A program made the translations under genes and the position numbers. From Phoronis australis (lineage: Eukaryota; Animalia; Phoronida): a DNA stretch of 64,000 bases. The first letter of the stretch is position 1, and each line of letters begins with the position of its first letter. This document shows positions 11,101-21,300 of this stretch, piece after piece. The stretch is from assembly GCA_002633005.1 (NCBI GenBank), contig NMRA01000026.1:1632710-1696709 (forward strand). Reading direction: 5' to 3'. The notes beneath the pieces were generated by a model. It was not told the origin of the DNA and searched no databases. It saw nothing but the letters and a program-made list of their open reading frames with translations.

Positions 11101-14100
11101 ACACGAACGCTTTTGGCAAAACACCCTGCCTTCATAAAAAGTAATCACCAAAATGTTGTTCTTGCTCTCTCGAAATTTTCGCAAAATTTTATTTACCCCC
11201 TGCTTTTGAAAATGTACATATTGTGGACAATGTCATATTTGGATGCGTTGGAATTCGATTAAAATGAAGTGGTTACAGCATCTTTAGAGCTACACTCCAA
11301 AGGTTTTGCATTCATACAGTTGTAATTTGAGACGGTGTGTGGGTAAAAGACTAATATCTGCAGTTGATGAGCAATCCATTCTATGAATGAAAGCTCTTAA
11401 TTTATCTGATGATATCATTCCCAGGGAGCCAGATGAAGCAGTCTGTGTAAGCTTTAAATATAAAAGTGTGCATGAGGCCTATTGTCTCTATAATCGATTC
11501 CCGGACAATGTTGAACATGTCAACAAGTGTGTTCTTACATTCTTTTTGTTTTGTGTAGCATATTTTACTTGTCCTAATCCTATGTCTGGGTATGATGTCA
11601 GCAGCTGGTACTGTAGTTGCATACAGAGGTCCCCACATTGTCAGTGAGAAGGCAGGATATTCTAAATTTTGTGAACCTGGGCTCTTGTAAAGTAGGAAAA
11701 GCCTAGGAGCATTTAAAATACTTATTGCAAGGAATGCTGAGATTGCTTAAGGCGGCATTGAACCCACGTTATCGCTCAAAAAAGTTTTGGTTTAAACTAC
11801 TTACAGTGATGAAATTGGTCTCAAATTGTTTCTTAGTCAAGATACTGAGTGTGATTTCTGGACGTGGAACCAACTACGTTTATTATTTCTTGACACCAAG
11901 CTCATAACATATCACCATATCACTTGTTAACTGAGAAAGCACCAAGATAAGAACAATTCTTTAACTGTAAGTGGTATCAATCAAAACTTGTTTTTGTGCC
12001 ACTTGAAAATTGTCTTGACATATAAGCTTGTTGGTCAGAGTTATAATAATGAATTACATTCCTTCTTAGGTTTGGTCAGTAAGGTGTTTCCCTCAGACCA
12101 GGTGGTGGATGAAGCCATCAAAACAGCAGAGGTTATTGCCAACCACTCTAAACTTGTTGTGGCCATGTGTAAAGAGGCCGTCAACACAGGTGAAAAGAGA
12201 AAACATGGGGTGGTTTACTAGCCACTGTTTTATAGTTTGTTATCTCGTCAGGGTAATTCATGTCCCACTAGACCATGCAGTGTGGTGAAAGAGAGTAGTT
12301 GTGAGGTCAAATTTTTCATCTTCACCAAGTATTGACATAGTTTAATATGTGTTGTTGGTAATGCAACAGTTATTTTTATCAATGGAGTCAGCCTTGGAAA
12401 GGGGAAATATGTCAGTTTTGCTAATTATTTAACGGAAGAATCATCTTCTTGTCGAGTCCTTGAGGGAACTTATTCGTTTGATTTAAAACTTTAGAAAAAT
12501 GTTGATATTTGCCTAACTTTGGAACATCATGTCTCAGAGATAGCTGGTCTGATTCAAGTGAAACTGTCGGATACTGTATTTTATTCATTGTTGACCAAAA
12601 CGCTGTTGAGAGCTGTTTTTTTTTAATTCCACTTTAGCATGAGAGACTTTTAAGGTTTTTATGAAAGACACTCAAAAAGATGCATAAAACGAAATGAAAA
12701 GATAATTTAGAAAACTGTAACATTGTTTTAAAGCTTAATCTTGAATATTAATAACATATGTAATGAAATATGGTAATTTAATTGATATTATTTTATACTA
12801 TGAATGTATGTTTTATAAATTTCACTAAAAAGACACGGTCACATGTCCCAATTAGTTCTGCACAATTTCTACTTTTAGAAAACACACACTGTTTATATAG
12901 CTAAATTCTATAGTTTTATAGATACAGTGCAGCTCATTTAATGTCATAGCAGAAATTAGAACCAAATGGAACACATTGACTAAATAGCAGGGTATTTGAA
13001 GAATTTTTAAATGGTAGAGACTCGGGCCTTGATTTCATCGAATTTTGTTGCTTTATAGCCTCTGTCAAAGCTTTGTAATATGTTCTAGAAGTCTATCCTG
13101 TCAGAGCTATGTACGGTAATAAGTTCTAGAAGTCTATCCTGTCAGAGCTATGTAATAAGTTCTAGAAGTCTCCCATTCAACAAAAATCTCAAAATTGCTT
13201 GGGTGCTAAAATTATAATGTCCTTTTAAAGAGACATGTATATTTTTTATCACTCAAGGTTATACAAGATTGTGTAACTCAGTAAAAGTGTATATTTTCTG
13301 AAACTAGAAAAGCTATAGAATTAGATTGTTTTTTTTTACTTTTTAGCAATCTGCCATTAATTGGGTCATGTGGTTGTGTTTTTGTATAACTTAGCATGAA
13401 AGAAAAGTACATTGATGGTGAAACAGCGTTATCAAAAACAAGATCAAATTTTGTTTGATGTAAATTTTAAAGATGAGATCTCAAAAATACTGTTAGTTTT
13501 CTAAAAAAATATTTTATGTAGATTTCTTTTTGTGAAAATGAAGAGTGGACCTTTTTAAAAACAATTAATAAAACTGGGTTTTGGAGAACATTGAATAAAC
13601 CATGGTATCTGAAAGTTTCATATAACTCCGATCAACAATTCCTGAGGTATGATAATGCAAAGTTATCCAGATATGAACATTTTTAATTGCCGTCTTGTTT
13701 TTCTCTGTCACGTAACATCTTAGCCTGATACTGTTCTGATAGTCTTACCAGTCTCATGCATCAAGTTTCTTTCTTTTAGGGTATCAAACGAGCCTCGCTG
13801 AAGGACTACACTTTGAGAAGCGTGTGTTCCATACTACTTTTGCAACTGTAAGTTGGTTTTGTTTTTATGTTTCTCTTATGTAATGTATTTATAGATAATA
13901 GATGCAGACATGTCTCCAGTTTTATGCGCCCACATATTTATTTGTGGAAGCATTATGCCGTCATCTCCGTCCTTCCGTCCGGGTGGCGTCCGGCGTCCGC
14001 TGCTCTAACTCCAAAACCGTTTGACGTATGTTCATGAAATTTTGCACGTGTTTTTACGCTTACCTCTATTTCTTCAAAGGTCTTCAGCGTATTTTCATAA

Positions 14101-15941
14101 AATTTGGCATGTAGGCATCTATTAGTGAGGTGATGCTATCCTCTCGTGTCCGGAAAGATTTGACATAATTTGCGGCACCTAGTGGCCATTTTTACCATTT
14201 TCGAGTCTGTTTTTAGGCATCCACCCCTCTATCAACTGAACCGCTTTAAGGATGATTGCGGAAATTGGCATGTATATTCTTACTACGAAGAGGACGGCTG
14301 ACGATGATTTTCCGACGATTTCGATGACTATGGCGCCTCCTAGTGTCAGTTTTGTTTTTTGCCCCTATGACTGTATCTGCAGGATCTTTACTAAATTAGT
14401 AAGTGCATTTATATGATGTTGACAAAGGACGACGACGACTTTCGGACAGATTTGACTGCTGGTGTGCCCCTGGTGGCAATTTCATTTTTTTACATTAACC
14501 TCTGTATTTTCAAAGGTGCTCAACGTATTTTCAAAATATTTGGTGTACAGGCTTCTGTTAGTTTGGTGATGCTATCTTTCCGTTTTCAGATGGATTCGAC
14601 TTAGTTTGCGCCACCTAGTTGGTATTTTTACCATTTCCGAGTCCACCCCTCTATCAACCAAATCGCTTTCAGGATAATTGTGAAAATTGGCATGTATATT
14701 TTTACTTTAAAGTGGACGGCTGACGATGATTTTCTGATGACTTCAGCTACTGTGGCGCCTCCTATTGGCAGCTTCGTTTTTTTGCGCCCATATCTGTATC
14801 TCTTAAACCGTTTGCAGGATCTTTACTAAATTTAATAAGTGTATTTATATGATGTTGACAAAAAACAACATCGACTTTCGGATGGTTCTGAGTACCGGTG
14901 TGCCCCACGGCGGCAATTTTAGATTTTACGTATTTTCAAGGGTCCTCATTAATTTTCATAGAATTTTGGATACAGGCATCTGTTGGTGAGATGACGCTAG
15001 TTTTGGATGGAATCGAGGTATTTTGCGCCACCTAGTGGCCATTTTTGCTGTTTTCGAGTCTGTTTTTTTGCATCCACCCCTCTATAAGGCATCTCATTCT
15101 AAGGATGGTTTTGAAAATTGGCGTTTATGTTCTCTGTGTGAAGAGGGTGGTTGACGATGACGACTTTGACTACTGTGGCGTCTCCAATGGTAGTTTTGTT
15201 TTGTTTTGCGCCCATAGCTGTATCTCCTGAACCCACAGCTGGATCTTTATTAAATTTAGTAAGTGTATTTATATGAAGCTAACTACAGACAATGACAACT
15301 TTCAGGCGGATCCAATGAACACTGTGCACCCTATTGGCAGTTTTCATTTTATTCCGTTTCCTTTGTTTCTCTGAAGTTCCGTGACAGATTTCTATGAAAT
15401 TTGGTGAATAGCTTTCTATTATAGAAGCTATGACATGTTCCCATTTTTGGATGGATTATACGTTTTTGCGTCATCTAGTGGCCATTTTCATGACACAAAT
15501 AAACAACCCTAAAAGCACACCGTTTGCGATGCATTCGTGGGTGCATTTCACCGCTCCACATTGCTCTTGTTGTAAAATCCTCGTAAAACAAACTGCAGCA
15601 GTTTGTGGAAGATAGGGCGGGCAGAAATTTAATAAGATTGTACACATCCGCAGTTATGAAAATTGACATTGGAGTGATGTAAATTACCTATAGAGATGAA
15701 TTTTGGGTTATCTCTTACAAAATATTTTGGTTGGTGTTTTAAAGAAGCTTAAGATTGGGAAGTGCAGCTTAAAAGTTAGTTTAGTTGCGAGTGTTGACAA
15801 CCTTCACTTTTATCAAAAATGTATTTTTTTCTGTTTTGAATTGTTTGTTTTTCATTACAAACTTTTCCTATACAGGATGATCGGAAAGAAGGCATGACTG
15901 CATTTGTTGAAAAACGACCAGCTAACTTTACGGACAGTTAG
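5152..15941 (+). CDS. ECHS1: Enoyl-CoA hydratase, mitochondrial (short-chain crotonase), 8 coding exons, 297 aa
   Basis: Exons 5152-5263 (Arg/Ser-rich transit peptide [15 protein letters not shown]...), 7701-7895 ([12 protein letters not shown]...ITGSEKAFA), 8643-8770 (AGADIKEM...[11 protein letters not shown]), 9826-9925 ([33 protein letters not shown]), 10429-10533 ([24 protein letters not shown]), 12070-12189, 13780-13847, 15876-15941 ([21 protein letters not shown]). All introns GT-AG and phase-compatible; total 894 nt. Both catalytic glutamates (GGGCE, QPE) present. Confidence 0.97.
5387..6320 (-). mobile_element. 5'-truncated, decayed LINE (CR1/L2-type) 3' end with (TAC)n tail, in ECHS1 intron 1
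   Basis: Minus strand reads ...[37 protein letters not shown]... and ...[25 protein letters not shown]..., typical of the region after the RT domain, with stops. AATAAA at 5434-5429 is followed by a (TAC)n/(TACAAC) microsatellite tail at 5423-5387. Confidence 0.8.
6325..6853. mobile_element. Foldback (almost wholly palindromic) MITE, older copy of the family at 50620-50964; ends approximate
   Basis: Arms of about 250 bp pair around a short loop at about 6583-6602 (e.g. gggaagtccttcgttcagttgcc vs ggcaactgaacgaaggacttccc). Shares ggaagctttt-ggcRaattatgcctcRcacYg with the 50.6 kb element. Confidence 0.85.
12530..13650. mobile_element. Old degenerate foldback/TIR element in ECHS1 intron 6; ends approximate
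   Basis: 12533-12608 (ctcagagatagctggtctgattcaagtgaaactgtcggatac...) is a diverged reverse complement of 13570-13648. 12831-12862 (gacacggtcacatgtcccaatta) pairs with about 13355-13381. Related sequence at 45760-45840. Confidence 0.55.
13082..13171. repeat. Short tandem duplication (36-41 bp unit, about 2.4 copies)
   Basis: gttctagaagtctatcctgtcagagctatgta at 13082 and 13123, partial copy at 13159. Confidence 0.85.
13921..15571 (+). mobile_element. Helentron/HINE (DINE-1- or pearl-like) non-autonomous element with internal tandem array, copy 1 (ECHS1 intron 7)
   Basis: Subterminal inverted repeats ATGCGCCCAC (13924-13933) / GTGGGTGCAT (15537-15546); 5' stem-loop atgcgcccaca..tgtggaagcat; CCGT/CGTCCG microsatellite-like tract near 13965-14000; about 140-bp subunits in an about 430-bp higher-order repeat; T-rich flanks; homologous copy at 61672-62997. 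Confidence 0.8.
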
Positions 15942-16402
15942 ATGGTGCAAGCGAGAGAACGTACCAGTGAATGGAGAACGCTTATATGTGCCAAATTCTA
16001 CTGGGACTGTAGCCATTCTTGTTACTACACATTCACTGATTTGCGTGAACTGGTTAGATACAAAGAATGGAAAGAATGTGATTTGAAATTGTTCTTTGAA
16101 GAGAAATTAAAACAACTTGTACAAAGAAATTTTGTATTGATTACAAGTTCCATAGTACAGTATAAACAAGAACATTGGAATAACCATCAAGAAGAATACT
16201 TTGTGAAAGTGTTTTATTTGAAACACATTTTTGTAACAAGAAAACATACCTAGTATGAACAGCCGATATCGAGTATGCTGTAGATTCTAGTAACAGTCCT
16301 ACAAGGGTCATGGTTCACACTCCAGTGTAGCAAAGCTTTCTGCCAGAGTTGTATCGCCCCCATCTGCACATTGTAATTTGCAGTGTTTGAGTTATCCTTT
16401 AA

Positions 16403-16808
16403 AGTCTAACTTCAACGGAATTTTGTTACTTTAGATGTATTGGGCTAACTAGATAGTCCTAGCAAAGCCTTGGTAAAGTAAGAAAATGCGAGTTCAATCA
16501 CACAAATGTAAGCCCCTCAAATGACAAGTGAAGCTGCCTTTTCATGTCATGTTGCATCACCGCGAGATCTCAGCACAAACAACAAAAGGTTGTATTGAAT
16601 AGGGGTCTGAATAGAACACCATTATGTGCGGGTGTTATTGGCAACTGTTTGAACTAAAAGGTGATTCTCGCGGTGACGTAGACAAAAGCAAGTCAATATG
16701 CCTAACAGTTCGTTACATTTGGCAATTTATGGCACTAGTGGGCTCACAGCGATGATCTTAACATACTGTAGTAACCAAATTTACAGGTGTTACCGTTGAA
16801 GATAGGCT
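16403..16808. mobile_element. MITE with TTAA target duplication (Kolobok/piggyBac-type)
   Basis: ttaa|agtctaacttcaacgg ... ccgttgaagataggct|ttaa (16-bp TIR, 2 mismatches, AG...CT termini); internal inverted pair tcaccgcgaga / tctcgcggtga. Confidence 0.7.
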
Positions 16809-17605
16809 TTAACTTCACAAAGGTGGTACTTAGGCAAATAAATGTCATCAGATGGTTGCAAAAATATCAAGAAAATCACCAATTAGTGTTTGCTCAGGTC
16901 AACCAAAAATTAATTTTTAACTTCCATGACTAAAGTTGAATGAGAAGTAATCACCTGTTATGGCTCAAGATTAAATATCAGTATATATCATTGCTTAATC
17001 AGTGCCAGGATGATCTTTGTTCTAAACCTTCGAAAGTTCACCCCCAAAAATGGTGATTCTCAAAATCAATGGAGCAGTTGCGGTTTAGAGCAATTTGATC
17101 AGGACACAAAAGGGAGACAGTTTTCCATGATAAAACAAAAAATATTAGCACTTTAAATGTGAGTCTTTGTAAACTACATTCAGCAAAAAAGTATGATTGA
17201 ATATCATTTTTTTAAATATCAAAGATGGAAATAAAAATATGCAGTGAAAAACTAACTTTAAATTACTATTAGATACTTCTCTTCCACAAATGAGACAGTT
17301 GAAGCTTAGAAAACACACTGACTAGTAAAAAGCACCAGTAACAAAGTAACTTGGACTAGGAGATGGCGTGTAACGCAAGAAACAATAGAAGATTATATAC
17401 ATAACTTAAGAATTACATCAGACCAGTCACCTCAACTTGAGATGTGCTGACCACTTATCAACACCAACCCTTCTAGTTTTCATGAAGGACAAAACTACTT
17501 ACATTATGTACACATATAGTCAAATAGTAAATCTAAAAGAAATTCAAAAAAACTGTTCAGAGAAGTTACTGAAGTCCTATCAGTGAAGCTTTGGTACTAA
17601 CCATA

Positions 17606-17622
17606 TGGCCACTAGGTGGAGC
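17606..17622 (+). promoter_or_regulatory. Candidate CTCF-binding site between the convergent ECHS1 and DOK7-like 3' ends
   Basis: tggccactaggtggagc, one mismatch from the CTCF core consensus TGGCCACYAGRKGGCRS. Confidence 0.4.
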
Positions 17623-17868
17623 CTTGATTAATGTAAGTTCATTTCCAGTGATGGGAGGCCACATTTATCAAAGGTCCAGTGTGCGGTCACACCACAGACA
17701 AGTGTAAGCACAAGGCTGCACATGCCATTATCTGTCGTTTAGAACAAAACATTCTGGCTACGAGTGGGTGCAAAAAGGACCGTTGATAACACAGCACTAG
17801 GGTGATGTTGATGATGAAGAAACAATCCTTGCATCTTTTGAACAGGTAGAGGACAGTAAATTGCATGG

Positions 17869-17973
17869 GGGAGTTGGTGCAATACAAGACTATCCAAACA
17901 CGTCATGCATTGATGAAGCCATTGGAGTTTGTGCAATACAAGACTATCCAAACGCGTCATGCATTGATGAAGC
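17869..17973. repeat. 54-bp tandem duplication (2 copies)
   Basis: gtgcaatacaagactatccaaacRcgtcatgcattgatgaagcc at 17877 and 17931. Confidence 0.9.
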
Positions 17974-18327
17974 CGCTGTGTCACTAGCAAGACCTAGTGA
18001 TTATCTTTTTAATGTCTATCAACGACTGAAAACCTTAAGGTACAGAAAATGAGACAGCTAATCAATCTCTGTAAGAATTAACAATATCACAAAAAAGTAC
18101 TCGGCATAAACATAGAAAACATATAGACTAGTATAAAACGTCATCCTTATAACACTAGGCCTGTCGATCTAACTTTACTGTCGGACACTTTAAAGCAAGT
18201 GTTCGCATCAGAGATTCGTAAGCTACATAATGTGCAATTCTATGCCTAACGGATATTATGCCAAGAAAACAAATCGTAACAGAAACATATAACAAATCAT
18301 CGAAATGTCACTGCTTATAGACACATT

Positions 18328-21300
18328 TCAGGCTTTTGGTTTAAGCTGCAGGGAGTCCTCTCGCCACCGAGCATGCTCCTTGCCAACACGACCTGCTGTC
18401 GCTGTGGCTACCATGTCAATAATGGCATAGTTTGTTGTTGAGTCTTTCTCGGGCAGTTTCAATAGAGAACTGTCACAAGAAACAGTGCCAGACAGATCAA
18501 TTTCTGCGTAATTCAGTTTGTGTTCTGGAATTGATATCGGGCTGTTCGGTGTGGAGGGTGGCGACAGTTCCATGTTCATGTAGAGTGACAATGGAGTGCT
18601 AACTGATCCATCAGGATTGACCTTTGATATCCGACTGGATTTTGAGGACAGATAGCTGATCGTATCAAATGTGAATACCGATGCAACTGAAGAAGAATGA
18701 GAGTTCATAACCGGACTCAACGGTGAGTTGCGATCGATGCACACACTTTCTGCCAACTTTTTACGGTCCACTTTCTGGTACTCTTTGCCAGAACGAGGCC
18801 TCATCGTGGTCGACATGGCTGACTTGGGTCGTGCCTGTTCATCACTTTTATGACTGCTGCTGCTGCCTTCGGAGTAGACCGATAGCGGACTTGGTGGAAT
18901 GCTGCTCGATGGAGTAAGACTTCTCACAGAAGGAGAATCTAAAAATCATGAAGTGAAAGGTCACAACAATCATTGGGCAGAAAAACAGAACTCTCATCGT
19001 TTCAAATAAAACACACGAGATAATCAGAAATATCACGTGTCATTAAATATAAATGAGCCATTATAATCAACACAGCTTCACTAATAAGGACAAGTTCAAA
19101 TGAAGACATATTCAGAATATAAAGTTTACCTTGTTGCTTGCTTTCCACAACTGTCTCTAAAGGCATTTTTACAGTCAAGTTGGAGTGGTTCTTATTCTTG
19201 CCTTGAGGTGGCTCACTCAACTGTATGGCATGCTTGGCATTTGTTGGCAAGCCTTCACGTTTCATCCACACCTCCTCTGTTTCGTCACTGCCGCTGTCGC
19301 TCCTTGTCCGATCAACTTGAGAAACTACATCCCTCAATGAGTGTGAATTTAAGCAGTTGTCCGACTCACACTCAGACTGCTTGTCGAGAAGAGGAGTTTG
19401 TAAGTTTTCTACATCAACACCTATGCCATGGCCCTTAACCTTGTAAGGCTTGGCGGGTCTTGGTGGTGGTGCACTATTGGAGTCATTCCTACCATCACTA
19501 GAGCATTTATCTCTGAGTTCCGGTGTTGAGACACCAGTCTTAACTGAATCTTCTGAGTGTGTGAGAGGAACGTTTTCTGGACTCGGCTGCTTTTGGTCCC
19601 GAGAATTACGCCTCCTCAGTTTGGATAAAAAACTACTTTTGTTAGAAGATGCTGGGTTTTTTTCAAGGGCGTCTAGTTTGGGAGAATCACATCGGGGAGA
19701 AACGAAGAATTTTCTGGCTGAATGATGCTCATGAGGGACCAGATTATCGAACGGTTTCACAATGCCAGAGTTGCCTTGTGTTGCACTTTTATCACTTGTC
19801 TGGGTTGAAGTTCCATCTACACTCAGCGAGGGTTTGCACAATGGTTTATGACAGTTAAAGTTTTTAAGACTGTGTGAACGTTTAATTGCACTTTCCGCCT
19901 TTGCATCTGTTTTCTGACTAGGTCCAGATGCTCCAGATGCTCCAGGTTTCATTGCTAGATATGATCCTGCAGCAGAAGACTTTCTTGGAAGCGTTGTTGC
20001 ACAAGTGACAGGGGACATAACTGTGTAGTCTGGTTGGGGTGTAATTCCATGTGCAGTTCCATCTAGACTGCTACAACTTAGCTGTTCTCTACTACTGCAG
20101 TCAACTTTCATTACCATATAATCCATTTGCTGGGTGTTTGTAATGGGTGGAGATTTGGCTCTAGGTTTAGCTTGTGCTTCTACACTTTTGGGGTAGATGC
20201 GGTGGGGAGGAATGTGGTAGTCGTTGTGTGGTGATGTGGCAGTTTCTGACTCACTTATCACAGGTCGAGGAGGTATGTCATAATCAGAGTGACGCATGAA
20301 AGGAGGCGGAACATCATAATTGTCATATCTTCGAGGAGGCAGGCGATCGTAGTCCACGTGACTAGGTGGTACATCGTAGTCACTGTGCCGAGGTGGCACG
20401 TCGTAGTCCTCAAACTTATTCAAGCTGACCTTCCTGGAGAAATTACCAGGTGGTGCTCGAACCAAAGGGCATTTGAGAGGGGTCTGCCGTATTGTAGACG
20501 GGTGGCCACATTTATCACACCTGTCCACACCAGACAACAGAGCTTCCTTCACACATGGTTTGATTGCCATCACTTGTATGTTCTGATTATTGTTAAATGT
20601 GCATGGAGCTAGATTACTCTCACCTCTCAAATGAGTGTAACCCGAGGCATCCACCCACGTCTTCTTATTGCCAGATGTCTGACTATGTGCTACCCGTTGG
20701 AAACTGACATTGTCATACCGGGTTGAATTATCAGTGGATGAGACCACATTGTCATAGCCATAAGAGACGAAATGGTGGTTATTGTCAGCACTACCGTCAA
20801 AATCATCCAGATTCACAAACGGCAATGACTTAGCTGGCTCACCAACAATATACCCGGCAGTATTCTCAACAGTGGATTGGCGAGTGTCGTTGGTTCCTCG
20901 CAGAACCACCATTTCAATATTGTCACTCTTCAAGTCTTTCCCCGAGAAAGCCGGCAGCCTGTTGTTATTGTTGCTATGCTGTGAAGGGCTGTGCATGGTT
21001 TTATTGTGGATGTTCTTGTTGCCAACAATGTCCACAGTAGTGGACACACTGTCACCGTAATAATGGACCTCTTCGTAGTCTGAGATATGTCTGTTTGAGG
21101 TGGGAACATGATAGTCGGCAAATGCACTAGATGGACTCTTTGGCGAATCATAGTCTTGATGCTGCACTTGGTTAGACAGATTTGCCTTGGGGAGAGTGTC
21201 ATAATCATTGGTTGGAGCACATTCATTTAAATCTGGGTAAATACCTGCTAATTTTCGATTTACATTGTCAATGAAAGTCTTGGTTTTGCACCTTTGAGCA

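Noticed and set aside
19100-21226. Several 70-112-aa ORFs overlapping the large DOK7 exon
   Set aside because: Antisense or alternate-frame shadows of a long coding exon; no homology signal.
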